Shown here in pieces: positions 1 to 6,888 of a DNA stretch of 55,130 nt; position 1 is the first letter of the stretch; each line of letters starts with the position of its first letter. The stretch is taken from the IMG/VR virus record IMGVR_UViG_3300008097_000008, positions 1-55,130 of that record. One strand, 5' to 3'. Origin of the DNA: a virus. Lineage: Duplodnaviria > Caudoviricetes. A program made the position numbers and the translations under genes. The notes beneath the pieces are model-generated. The model worked only from the letters and a program-made list of their open reading frames with translations. It was not told the DNA's origin and made no database searches.

Positions 1-60
1 AAAGACTTGGCAATGTCCCAAGTTTAATAACATTTAATTACACACATTACGGAGTTTATT

Positions 61-321
61 ATGCAACTTTCTTCAAAAACTGGTTCTATGGTTAGTGATT
101 ACTATCCTGTAAAAACACAAGACGGTGTTAAACAGTACGATAGAGTCCTTAGAATCTTAACATTTATGGGACAAACTATGTCCAAAAGAATAATGACTAC
201 TGAACAGTATGTCAATGAAGTTTATGACAAAATACACAAGTTTGAGTACGTTGATAACAACGTAGATCACTCAAATATGTGGCAGTTTGTATCATCTACG
301 GAGGTAACTTACAATGTATAG
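61..321 (+). CDS. hypothetical protein (early-region small ORF)
   Basis: 86-aa ORF with GGAG Shine-Dalgarno at 51-54; overlaps the next ORF. Confidence 0.75.
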   Translation: MQLSSKTGSMVSDYYPVKTQDGVKQYDRVLRILTFMGQTMSKRIMTTEQYVNEVYDKIHKFEYVDNNVDHSNMWQFVSSTEVTYNV

Positions 322-541
322 TAGTGACGCATTTGGAAGAATCTTCTGGATTGATGAAGATTTAGAATTCAAATCTTGCCCATTAAATGTTGATAATACA
401 GGTGATTTTGACCATTGGGATTATGTATCAGAGTGGTCAGATTGGGAGGGAGTTGATATGTCTTTACTCTTCCAAATTCATAAGACTTGTTTACATTTAA
501 AACAAGATCATAACAACTCTGTATCACTTGTAGGGGTGTAA
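314..541 (+). CDS. hypothetical protein (acidic, Trp-rich)
   Basis: 75-aa ORF with GGAGG at 300-304; tightly packed with its neighbours. Confidence 0.75.
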   Translation: MYSSDAFGRIFWIDEDLEFKSCPLNVDNTGDFDHWDYVSEWSDWEGVDMSLLFQIHKTCLHLKQDHNNSVSLVGV

Positions 542-542
542 T

Positions 543-680
543 ATGAGAACAATTCATGTTACTAATGATGAACTATATGAGTTCATTAAGTTATACGATA
601 TACTCAGAGATATGGACTTTGAGTTATCACCTAAACAAACAAATGTGTTTGACAAAATCTTATCTATGGAGGACAATTAA
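543..680 (+). CDS. small hypothetical protein (45 aa, MRTIHVTNDELYEF...)
   Basis: Translated by hand; below the ORF-track cutoff; fills the gap exactly, with AGGGG upstream. Confidence 0.65.
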   Translation: MRTIHVTNDELYEFIKLYDILRDMDFELSPKQTNVFDKILSMEDN

Positions 681-682
681 TC

Positions 683-811
683 ATGTCAGTATTACATCAC
701 GAAGCACTATTAGAAACAATTTATGAGGAAGTATTAGAAGAATATCCTCAATTTGATGAAGAACAATGTGAGTCTATTGCTTATGCAAGATTTGAAGATT
801 TATGCCAGTAG
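683..811 (+). CDS. small acidic hypothetical protein (42 aa, MSVLHHEALLETIYEEV...RFEDLCQ)
   Basis: Translated by hand; GGAGG at 668-672; resembles small early proteins I recall from cyanomyoviruses. Confidence 0.7.
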   Translation: MSVLHHEALLETIYEEVLEEYPQFDEEQCESIAYARFEDLCQ

Positions 812-856
812 GTGTGGATCAACGCCCGATTTTTTGTTCCTTAATTAACAACAACC

Positions 857-1075
857 ATGACACAATTAGAAAAGGACATTGCATATTGTATCGACATATG
901 TGACATGTCAGATGAACAAATAGGCGACATATTACGTTGCTGTGAGGATTTAGGAGGCATACCAGTTGAATATTTTGCAGATGAATTCGTCTTTGAAATT
1001 GATAACAATTCCCAGGTACATGATGACGATTACTTAAACATTGCTGAGTTTAATTCAATGTACTGGGAGAGATAA
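857..1075 (+). CDS. hypothetical acidic protein
   Basis: 72-aa ORF after an A/C-rich leader. Confidence 0.7.
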   Translation: MTQLEKDIAYCIDICDMSDEQIGDILRCCEDLGGIPVEYFADEFVFEIDNNSQVHDDDYLNIAEFNSMYWER

Positions 1076-1077
1076 AT

Positions 1078-1395
1078 ATGGACGTAATCATCACTCCTGA
1101 TTATCAACAATTACACCCTAATCCACCCATGCCAGTATATCGTGACTATGAAATTACTATTAATTTAAATGAATTAGTAGAGCATACTATCCCTCTATGT
1201 GATATTAGACATCCTGACCATTGTTTAACATCAGAGCAGATAGATGAACTCGCTCATTGTTTACGAGGAGAGTTAGATTTCACCCCTATTTTTAATCAAG
1301 CATACGCTATTATTAAGGAGTATGTAACAAAGAGTGGGGCAGAATTACCTAACGATAATGATAACAACCTCGACACAATGGTGCATTATAAGTAA
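1078..1395 (+). CDS. hypothetical protein
   Basis: 105-aa ORF with GGGAG upstream, 2 nt after the previous stop. Confidence 0.7.
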   Translation: MDVIITPDYQQLHPNPPMPVYRDYEITINLNELVEHTIPLCDIRHPDHCLTSEQIDELAHCLRGELDFTPIFNQAYAIIKEYVTKSGAELPNDNDNNLDTMVHYK

Positions 1396-1416
1396 TACTA
1401 ATTAAACCTTACTAAC

Positions 1417-1650
1417 ATGCAACCAATTATCCTAATCGCTTGGAACACGTTAACAACTGGTTGGGATAGTTACGTTGATACATTCACAACTAACGAAACA
1501 ATGACTTACCTTGATTTACTCACAGAACTACAATCTTTGCCCGAAGAACTATTAACAACTAATGTTAAAGTATTCGATGAAGATGTTAACGATGTATGTG
1601 ATGTTCGCAGAATTAAAATAACACAAAGTCAAGTAGATTTGATTATCTAA
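1417..1650 (+). CDS. hypothetical protein (alternative start at ATG 1501)
   Basis: 77-aa ORF; an in-frame ATG at 1501 follows a typical A/C-rich leader, so the start is uncertain. Confidence 0.6.
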   Translation: MQPIILIAWNTLTTGWDSYVDTFTTNETMTYLDLLTELQSLPEELLTTNVKVFDEDVNDVCDVRRIKITQSQVDLII

Positions 1651-1738
1651 GTATGACTTATAATGACATGATTACAATCAACTCACATATAATAATGTTG
1701 ATGATTGTCCTCGCTAATTAACACAAACCCCTAGACAA

Positions 1739-1927
1739 ATGCAGTACAAAGTTTATGACAATGAAGAGAAATTACATGGCACGTTTGAGTCAGTAATTGA
1801 CTTAGAATTGTACATGGACGCTGTTAGAAACTCTAGGGGAGATAGGTATAAAGAATTGCCTAAACATTCATGCTTTGATTATATCAAATCAATCGGATGG
1901 TTTTGGGACGTTGTTGACAATCACTGA
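1739..1927 (+). CDS. hypothetical protein
   Basis: 62-aa ORF after an A/C-rich leader. Confidence 0.7.
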   Translation: MQYKVYDNEEKLHGTFESVIDLELYMDAVRNSRGDRYKELPKHSCFDYIKSIGWFWDVVDNH

Positions 1928-1937
1928 GGCAAATTAC

Positions 1938-2216
1938 ATGCGTTTCAATGAGTTTAAGAAAGGGCAAATCGTTAAATGGAAAGATGAAATAGGAGAGGTT
2001 AATTTCATTGATAAAATGTATATAACTCTTACACTCCATAGATGGCAAAAAGACCCTGAAATTGCAAAACATAGTTGTTATCCTTATAATGAAGTTAATC
2101 TCTTAGTTAACAACAAATACTGGGATGAATTGGAGTTACAAAGTAATACGGAAGAACAACAATCTTCATCCGCTATGTATAAATCACAAGAGGGAAGATA
2201 TGAGGACGTACAATGA
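1938..2216 (+). CDS. hypothetical protein (SH3-like beta pattern FKKGQIVKWKDEIGEV)
   Basis: ATG 1938 with GAGG upstream is preferred over the track's start at 1875. Confidence 0.7.
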   Translation: MRFNEFKKGQIVKWKDEIGEVNFIDKMYITLTLHRWQKDPEIAKHSCYPYNEVNLLVNNKYWDELELQSNTEEQQSSSAMYKSQEGRYEDVQ

Positions 2217-2377
2217 CAAATAGTGAGAACAAAGAGTATGACTTAAATGTTACTCACGGAGAACAGATTAACTATGTGTTTATAACACTTAAGGAGTTAA
2301 TCATTATGCAGTGGGAGTATATCAGAAAACACAGATTATGGAGAGTTTTTAACAACAATGTGGAAAACTTACCTTGA
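2213..2377 (+). CDS. small hypothetical protein (54 aa)
   Basis: ATGA overlap with the previous stop, GAGG upstream; translated by hand. Confidence 0.55.
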   Translation: MTNSENKEYDLNVTHGEQINYVFITLKELIIMQWEYIRKHRLWRVFNNNVENLP

Positions 2378-2446
2378 ATTGTTGAAAACAATTAAATGGT
2401 TAATTAAACTAGGTTGAGTGTTACTTACCTGTGGAAATGTGGAAAA
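2359..2446 (-). promoter_or_regulatory. cluster of cyanobacterial-type DnaA boxes (TTTTCCACA on the minus strand)
   Basis: TGTGGAAAA at 2359-2367 and 2438-2446 (perfect); TGTTGAAAA at 2380-2388 and TGTGGAAAT at 2430-2438 (one mismatch each); AT-rich stretch at 2390-2408. Confidence 0.6.
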
Positions 2447-2508
2447 CTAATACACTCTTAGCATACAATCTACCGACTGTCAATGTTAACGAGGATATCA
2501 CAATATTC

Positions 2509-2538
2509 TTGACAGATTATCACAAATTATGGTATAAT
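2509..2538 (+). promoter_or_regulatory. sigma70-type early promoter
   Basis: TTGACA at 2509-2514, 18-nt spacer, extended TGn-TATAAT with the -10 at 2533-2538. Confidence 0.8.
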
Positions 2539-2599
2539 TACCTTGTGAGAGGTACAGAAACCCATGACCTAATTTGCCCCCTATTGTTAACACATAGTA

Positions 2600-2658
2600 T
2601 GTGACACCTGACAAAGTGGCACACAGGTTGTTGTTAGTGCTCTCTGAGGGGTTATAAT
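2600..2658 (+). promoter_or_regulatory. early promoter with upstream imperfect palindrome
   Basis: TGTGACA-N10-TGGCACA at 2600-2623, weak -35 (TTGTTA 2631-2636), TATAAT at 2653-2658, A/C-rich leader to ATG 2691. Confidence 0.65.
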
Positions 2659-2690
2659 AAGAGAGTAACAAACAAAGGATCAATCCTAAA

Positions 2691-2921
2691 ATGAAACTAA
2701 CACCAATCGCAGCAAATCAGAACGAGGTTACTATCAACGACGGAACACAAATCTTCTTCAGTTATAGAACACCTGTTGCAGCATATTTGCCAGAGAAAGG
2801 TTATGTTAGAACATCACAATTCTGGTCAGTTACTACATCTCGACACATTAATAAATGGTTGAAAGGTGTTAACGAAGTCACCGAAATTGACCAAACAGTT
2901 CTTGACAATCTAGCAGCATAA
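2691..2921 (+). CDS. hypothetical early protein (FSYxTPVA...SxTTSRH motif family)
   Basis: 76-aa ORF with its own promoters and terminator; motif recalled from early proteins of diverse phages. Confidence 0.8.
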   Translation: MKLTPIAANQNEVTINDGTQIFFSYRTPVAAYLPEKGYVRTSQFWSVTTSRHINKWLKGVNEVTEIDQTVLDNLAA

Positions 2922-2930
2922 TGCTATACT
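2902..2930 (+). promoter_or_regulatory. sigma70-type promoter overlapping the end of the 2691-2921 ORF
   Basis: TTGACA at 2902-2907, 17-nt spacer, extended TGc-TATACT with the -10 at 2925-2930. Confidence 0.75.
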
Positions 2931-2931
2931 G

Positions 2932-2957
2932 GGGGTAACAATTAGTTGCCCCTTTTT
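2932..2957 (+). terminator. intrinsic terminator
   Basis: Stem GGGGTAAC/GTTGCCCC, loop AATTA, followed by TTTTT. Confidence 0.75.
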
Positions 2958-3153
2958 CATGCCTATGTAACACTCAGACAGTTAAATTGATCTACTAAAT
3001 GTAAAGAACTCCGCCCAAATCACAGTTGTGATGGGGGTTCTCGATGTTTGATGCGGCCCTTATATTAAAAAAGCTAGAGACCCTAACCTACAAAGGTTCC
3101 CAAGAGCAAGTGATATATAAAAATATTTTAAAAAAATTTCCCCAGTAAAAAAC

Positions 3154-3366
3154 ATGACCCCAGAGTTTTCACAAGATTTCCAAGATACACGCACATGGTT
3201 GCTTGAGACCCTTATAAGGCATGAGGGTTGTCTTGATAGTAGAATGTATGCCTGTGCTGATCTTTGTGTAAGTTCAGATTGTATAAATGATGTTAAAGAT
3301 GTAGTTAAGACTTGGGAAGATTTTAAGCAAAGGATACCATCTACTTCATCAGTTAACCGTTTATGA
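3154..3366 (+). CDS. hypothetical protein
   Basis: 70-aa ORF, first gene after the non-coding gap. Confidence 0.65.
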   Translation: MTPEFSQDFQDTRTWLLETLIRHEGCLDSRMYACADLCVSSDCINDVKDVVKTWEDFKQRIPSTSSVNRL

Positions 3367-3375
3367 AGACTGAAT

Positions 3376-3537
3376 ATGTCAAAAAGATTCACACTTACCC
3401 TACAAGAGGATGATTTCGGTGATACTTACATATCAATTCCAGAGGAAGTTGCCGAGGCACTTGATTGGAATATAGAAGATGTGTTAGAATACACCTTAGA
3501 TGAACCTAAACTAACATTTAAAAAAAGTGATGAGTGA
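3376..3537 (+). CDS. AbrB/MazE/SpoVT-like DNA-binding protein (53 aa)
   Basis: Translated by hand: MSKRFTLTLQEDDFGDTYISIPEEVAEALDWNIEDVLEYTLDEPKLTFKKSDE; pattern IxIPxExxxxLxWxxxDxLxY. Confidence 0.7.
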   Translation: MSKRFTLTLQEDDFGDTYISIPEEVAEALDWNIEDVLEYTLDEPKLTFKKSDE

Positions 3538-3787
3538 TCCTAATCAGAATATTACAGAGTATGATCCTTGGCAAGATAATGCAGAGGCACATGAAGTACT
3601 TAATCAGTGCGTACAAGGACTAGCAGAGCGTCTAGGAGAGGTAACAAAGTATGTTTCTGATATAACTACCCCAGATAAGATATTATATAAACCAAAACAT
3701 AGTGAGGAGTATCTAAATATTAAGGAGAACTACGATGAGATATATCGTAGGTTAGAAGAATTAGAGGAAAAAGTAAATGGGTTGTAA
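3530..3787 (+). CDS. hypothetical coiled-coil protein
   Basis: 85-aa ORF (ATG 3530, or GTG 3527) overlapping both neighbours. Confidence 0.7.
   Translation: MSDPNQNITEYDPWQDNAEAHEVLNQCVQGLAERLGEVTKYVSDITTPDKILYKPKHSEEYLNIKENYDEIYRRLEELEEKVNGL
3713..3719 (+). promoter_or_regulatory. possible T4-type late promoter (CTAAATA)
   Basis: Variant of TATAAATA about 58 nt upstream of the first structural gene. Confidence 0.4.
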
Positions 3788-6194
3788 ACCTGTTGGAGAA
3801 AGATATACAAATTCCTGTGTGAGGCAACATCCAGGTACTGCTGATGGTGTTAGTGTAGAATTTATTGAATATCCTGGTGCAACTATCAGGCAAGGCAATT
3901 TACCTTATAATGTACCTGCGAGAGATGGCACAACTGTTCAGTATCAATCTGATCTAGTATGCACGTCAGGTGGCAATCCAGCAGATATGCTAACTGATGG
4001 TATGTGTGGTAAGGCAAATCGCTTAAACTCTGAGTACTTACAAGAAGGAGAGAGTGCTGGAGATTGTTTATTTGTATATGACTACTATCCTACAGGTCTT
4101 TCATTTGATTTTGGGTATTCTGATACATGGATGTCATACTTATTTGATACTACTGATAAGGCAGGTATATTAGGAACACCTTGCTATCATATAGAAACAG
4201 AAGAAACTAATATACCTGAGTCATCTCCTGGTGCAGGTGATGGTAGTTATTCTTCATCATCTTCTTGTTTTCCTTGTAGTGCCTTTGACTGCACCCCCGC
4301 TTCGACCACAATATCGTATACTGTTCCACCAGAAGGAAAAGATTCTGATGACCCCGATTGCCCACATTCAACTTTATTTGCAATAGATACCCAAAGTCCT
4401 AAGTTGTGTTTTAGTTATGACTCCCTTTCAACCACGTTACCTAATGGATGTCTAGATTTTGAGTTGTCGTATGATGGAGTAACCTATACTGATAGTTGGA
4501 ATGAGAATGAAACGACTGGTACTGAGTATACTACGGCACAGAACCCCTACCAGGCTGGCGACGAGTCGTTTAATGATTTTAAGATATTCAACTTAGATTC
4601 TGGTCTTGCTACAGGTCTTAGGATTAAATGTGAGATTAAACCCATATATGACGATACTAACGACCCATCTGTCTTTTCAGGCACGTCTTGGCGTATTACA
4701 GAGGTATTATCCCCTGGGACAGGCTACACCGTGGGAACCACATTTTCTCTAACTTATACTCATACCCACCCAGATAATAGTACAACTGTTCTTACTAATA
4801 ACATAAAGATTAAAACAGTAGGTCCAGTACAAGCAACAGAGGGTCAAGAAGGGTTTGATGTACTAAGATCGGGTGATACACTTAACGGTCATATTGTAAC
4901 TCGTGTATTTCATACCGATTTAGATAATTTTCCATACCATATAGCATATATTGATGCTTGTGGTAGTAATTTTGCTAAGGATACACAGTATACATCCGAT
5001 AGGAACCACGTAATTACAGCAAAAGCAGGTTGGGGTATTCCAGACCGAGCAGCGTTGGTCGGTTTTTATGAGTTTATGGATAAGTCTTTACAATATGTTA
5101 CAGCAGATATAGACCAAGAAGCACCAAATAGGTTCCATGACTTAAGAGTACCACAAGTTACTATGTCTATTGTTAATGGACAGGTAGATAATATTAGTAT
5201 AGTTGATGGTGGAGCTGGTTGGCAAACACTAGATGCTGTGCCAGATGTGTATATTACCGCACCCCTAACCACCACAGGTACGAGAGCACAAGTAAGAGGT
5301 ACATTTGTAGGCGGTTCGATGACTGCTATTGAGATAACTGACGGAGGATCAGGGTATTCTTCTTCACAACCACCGCAATTACAGATAAGAAATGTGCATA
5401 AAGTAGTGGATCGTACATTTAGAGAGGGTAATTTTACCACTCATTCCACAGATCAGTTAAAACAGTTCTTACAATCACTACCTCCAGGTGATTATGAGAC
5501 TACTCAAGAGACTTTAAACGCAATAACATCACTTCCAGAGTCATATGCTGATCAATATAAGGTAGTTGATTTCAAAGTTAAAGGTGATCCCGATAGACAA
5601 AGAGTAAGAAAGTTAGCTCAAAGGATGTATAGTGATAGTGCTACTGATCCATTGAGGGATACCTATGACATTTCTGACATTAATATGGATGTATTAGAGG
5701 GTAGTAGTGTAATACCTACGGAAGCAAAGGATAGTATTATAAGATATATGCGTGATAATAGTCAAGCAAATAGAATGAAACATATTGATAGGATAACTCA
5801 AAAGGTTATTCCTGAATATAGTAACCATGATAGAAGATATGTTACTACAGTACAAGGAAGAATTAGTGAATTGCCTCATGCATCGCAGTATACTAAGTAT
5901 ATGATGAAGCAATATAGACCAGATCCTAGAGATAGTATAGATATAAGTATAACTTTATCATGTAGTACCGTGGAAAGTGGATGTGGTCATATCACATGTC
6001 CTGCACCTGCAGGTTCATCTCCTGGTCCATATCAGTCATTTTCTATGTCTGGGTTACTTGGGGATGGGTGCAAACCGTGGACTGCGTCAGGAACGATGAA
6101 AATATGGAATGATTTAACCCGAGCTAGAGCAGCTTGGAACGCAGCGATTGCTGCATACGGAAACCCTTACGATACAGGAATGTATTTACCATAA
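3777..6194 (+). CDS. virion structural protein (baseplate-associated, Cys-rich termini)
   Basis: 805 aa; carries the IxIxxGGxGY beta-repeat also found in gp7 and gp8; TAATG-coupled to the PAAR gene. Confidence 0.7.
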   Translation: MGCKPVGERYTNSCVRQHPGTADGVSVEFIEYPGATIRQGNLPYNVPARDGTTVQYQSDLVCTSGGNPADMLTDGMCGKANRLNSEYLQEGESAGDCLFVYDYYPTGLSFDFGYSDTWMSYLFDTTDKAGILGTPCYHIETEETNIPESSPGAGDGSYSSSSSCFPCSAFDCTPASTTISYTVPPEGKDSDDPDCPHSTLFAIDTQSPKLCFSYDSLSTTLPNGCLDFELSYDGVTYTDSWNENETTGTEYTTAQNPYQAGDESFNDFKIFNLDSGLATGLRIKCEIKPIYDDTNDPSVFSGTSWRITEVLSPGTGYTVGTTFSLTYTHTHPDNSTTVLTNNIKIKTVGPVQATEGQEGFDVLRSGDTLNGHIVTRVFHTDLDNFPYHIAYIDACGSNFAKDTQYTSDRNHVITAKAGWGIPDRAALVGFYEFMDKSLQYVTADIDQEAPNRFHDLRVPQVTMSIVNGQVDNISIVDGGAGWQTLDAVPDVYITAPLTTTGTRAQVRGTFVGGSMTAIEITDGGSGYSSSQPPQLQIRNVHKVVDRTFREGNFTTHSTDQLKQFLQSLPPGDYETTQETLNAITSLPESYADQYKVVDFKVKGDPDRQRVRKLAQRMYSDSATDPLRDTYDISDINMDVLEGSSVIPTEAKDSIIRYMRDNSQANRMKHIDRITQKVIPEYSNHDRRYVTTVQGRISELPHASQYTKYMMKQYRPDPRDSIDISITLSCSTVESGCGHITCPAPAGSSPGPYQSFSMSGLLGDGCKPWTASGTMKIWNDLTRARAAWNAAIAAYGNPYDTGMYLP

Positions 6195-6733
6195 TGGCAA
6201 TAGGAGCAGCGTTATTTAAAGGTAATTGTAGTGGTCATGGTACTGGTAGCGGATCTTCACACCATCCAGGACTAGGTGGTGGTATATTAAGTAACTGTCC
6301 TCACTCGGCAACAACAGGTACTATTAACCCCAAGCCCGTAGCACAGATGGATGCTGTTACAACTTGGAAGCCTACTGAGCAAAAACCCAAGACAAAATTA
6401 GAAAGAAGTGTTATAATAAACAACAAGATACCCATTATAGATAGAGATGAGCTTGTTCCACATCCTACTAAAACAAAACACTCTACTAGTTCCGCTAGTA
6501 ACAGATGTTTTACTACTAGATCAAGTCCTGCGTGGCATTGCACGGAAGGAATTTCTGGTGGTAGGGAAGCTTCAGAGGGACATCAACGCAGATGTTACTC
6601 TAGTACCAAGACAGTTTGGATTACAGGGGAGCTTGCTGGTAGAATAGGTGATGATCTAGGTGAGGACACAACTGAGTGGCCTTGTCTATCAACTATCTCA
6701 GGTGGTAGCGAAGACGTTTTTATTGGAGATTAA
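6194..6733 (+). CDS. PAAR-like spike tip protein (T4 gp5.4-like), extended
   Basis: Start ATG 6194; CSGHG near the N-terminus; C-terminal GELAGRIGD...CLSTISGGSEDVFIG typical of PAAR proteins; 179 aa. Confidence 0.75.
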   Translation: MAIGAALFKGNCSGHGTGSGSSHHPGLGGGILSNCPHSATTGTINPKPVAQMDAVTTWKPTEQKPKTKLERSVIINNKIPIIDRDELVPHPTKTKHSTSSASNRCFTTRSSPAWHCTEGISGGREASEGHQRRCYSSTKTVWITGELAGRIGDDLGEDTTEWPCLSTISGGSEDVFIGD

Positions 6734-6735
6734 TT

Positions 6736-6888
6736 ATGCCAAAATTCAAAAATGGTGGTGCGTGGGGAAATAGTGACTATATTCTTCCACAACCTAAAAA
6801 GACTCGTCAAGGAAGGAGTGCTCGTACTAAATTGAGTGCGACCTCAAGTAATGCTAAGAAAAAAGCATATAGAGGTCAAGGTCGTTGA
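6736..6888 (+). CDS. small basic protein (50 aa, ends KKKAYRGQGR)
   Basis: Translated by hand; GGAG upstream; KKTRQG...YRGQG motif recalled from the gene near gp25 in marine T4-like phages. Confidence 0.75.
   Translation: MPKFKNGGAWGNSDYILPQPKKTRQGRSARTKLSATSSNAKKKAYRGQGR

Noticed and set aside
3-25. Hairpin AGACTTGG/CCAAGTTT at the window start
   Set aside because: Upstream context is missing and there is no T-tract, so no function can be assigned.
811-835. Possible terminator GGTGT/ACGCC followed by a T-run
   Set aside because: The 5-bp stem includes a G-U pair and is separated from the T-tract; marginal.
1072-1078. ATAAATA here and at 53406-53412 as late promoters
   Set aside because: The heptamer arises easily in AT-rich DNA. 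The first is a stop/start junction among early genes and the second lies inside a CDS.
2455-2483. Divergent minus-strand promoter (TTGACA at 2483-2478) pointing at the DnaA boxes
   Set aside because: The -10 at 17-nt spacing reads TAAGAG and lacks the conserved final T. Too weak to call, though not excluded.
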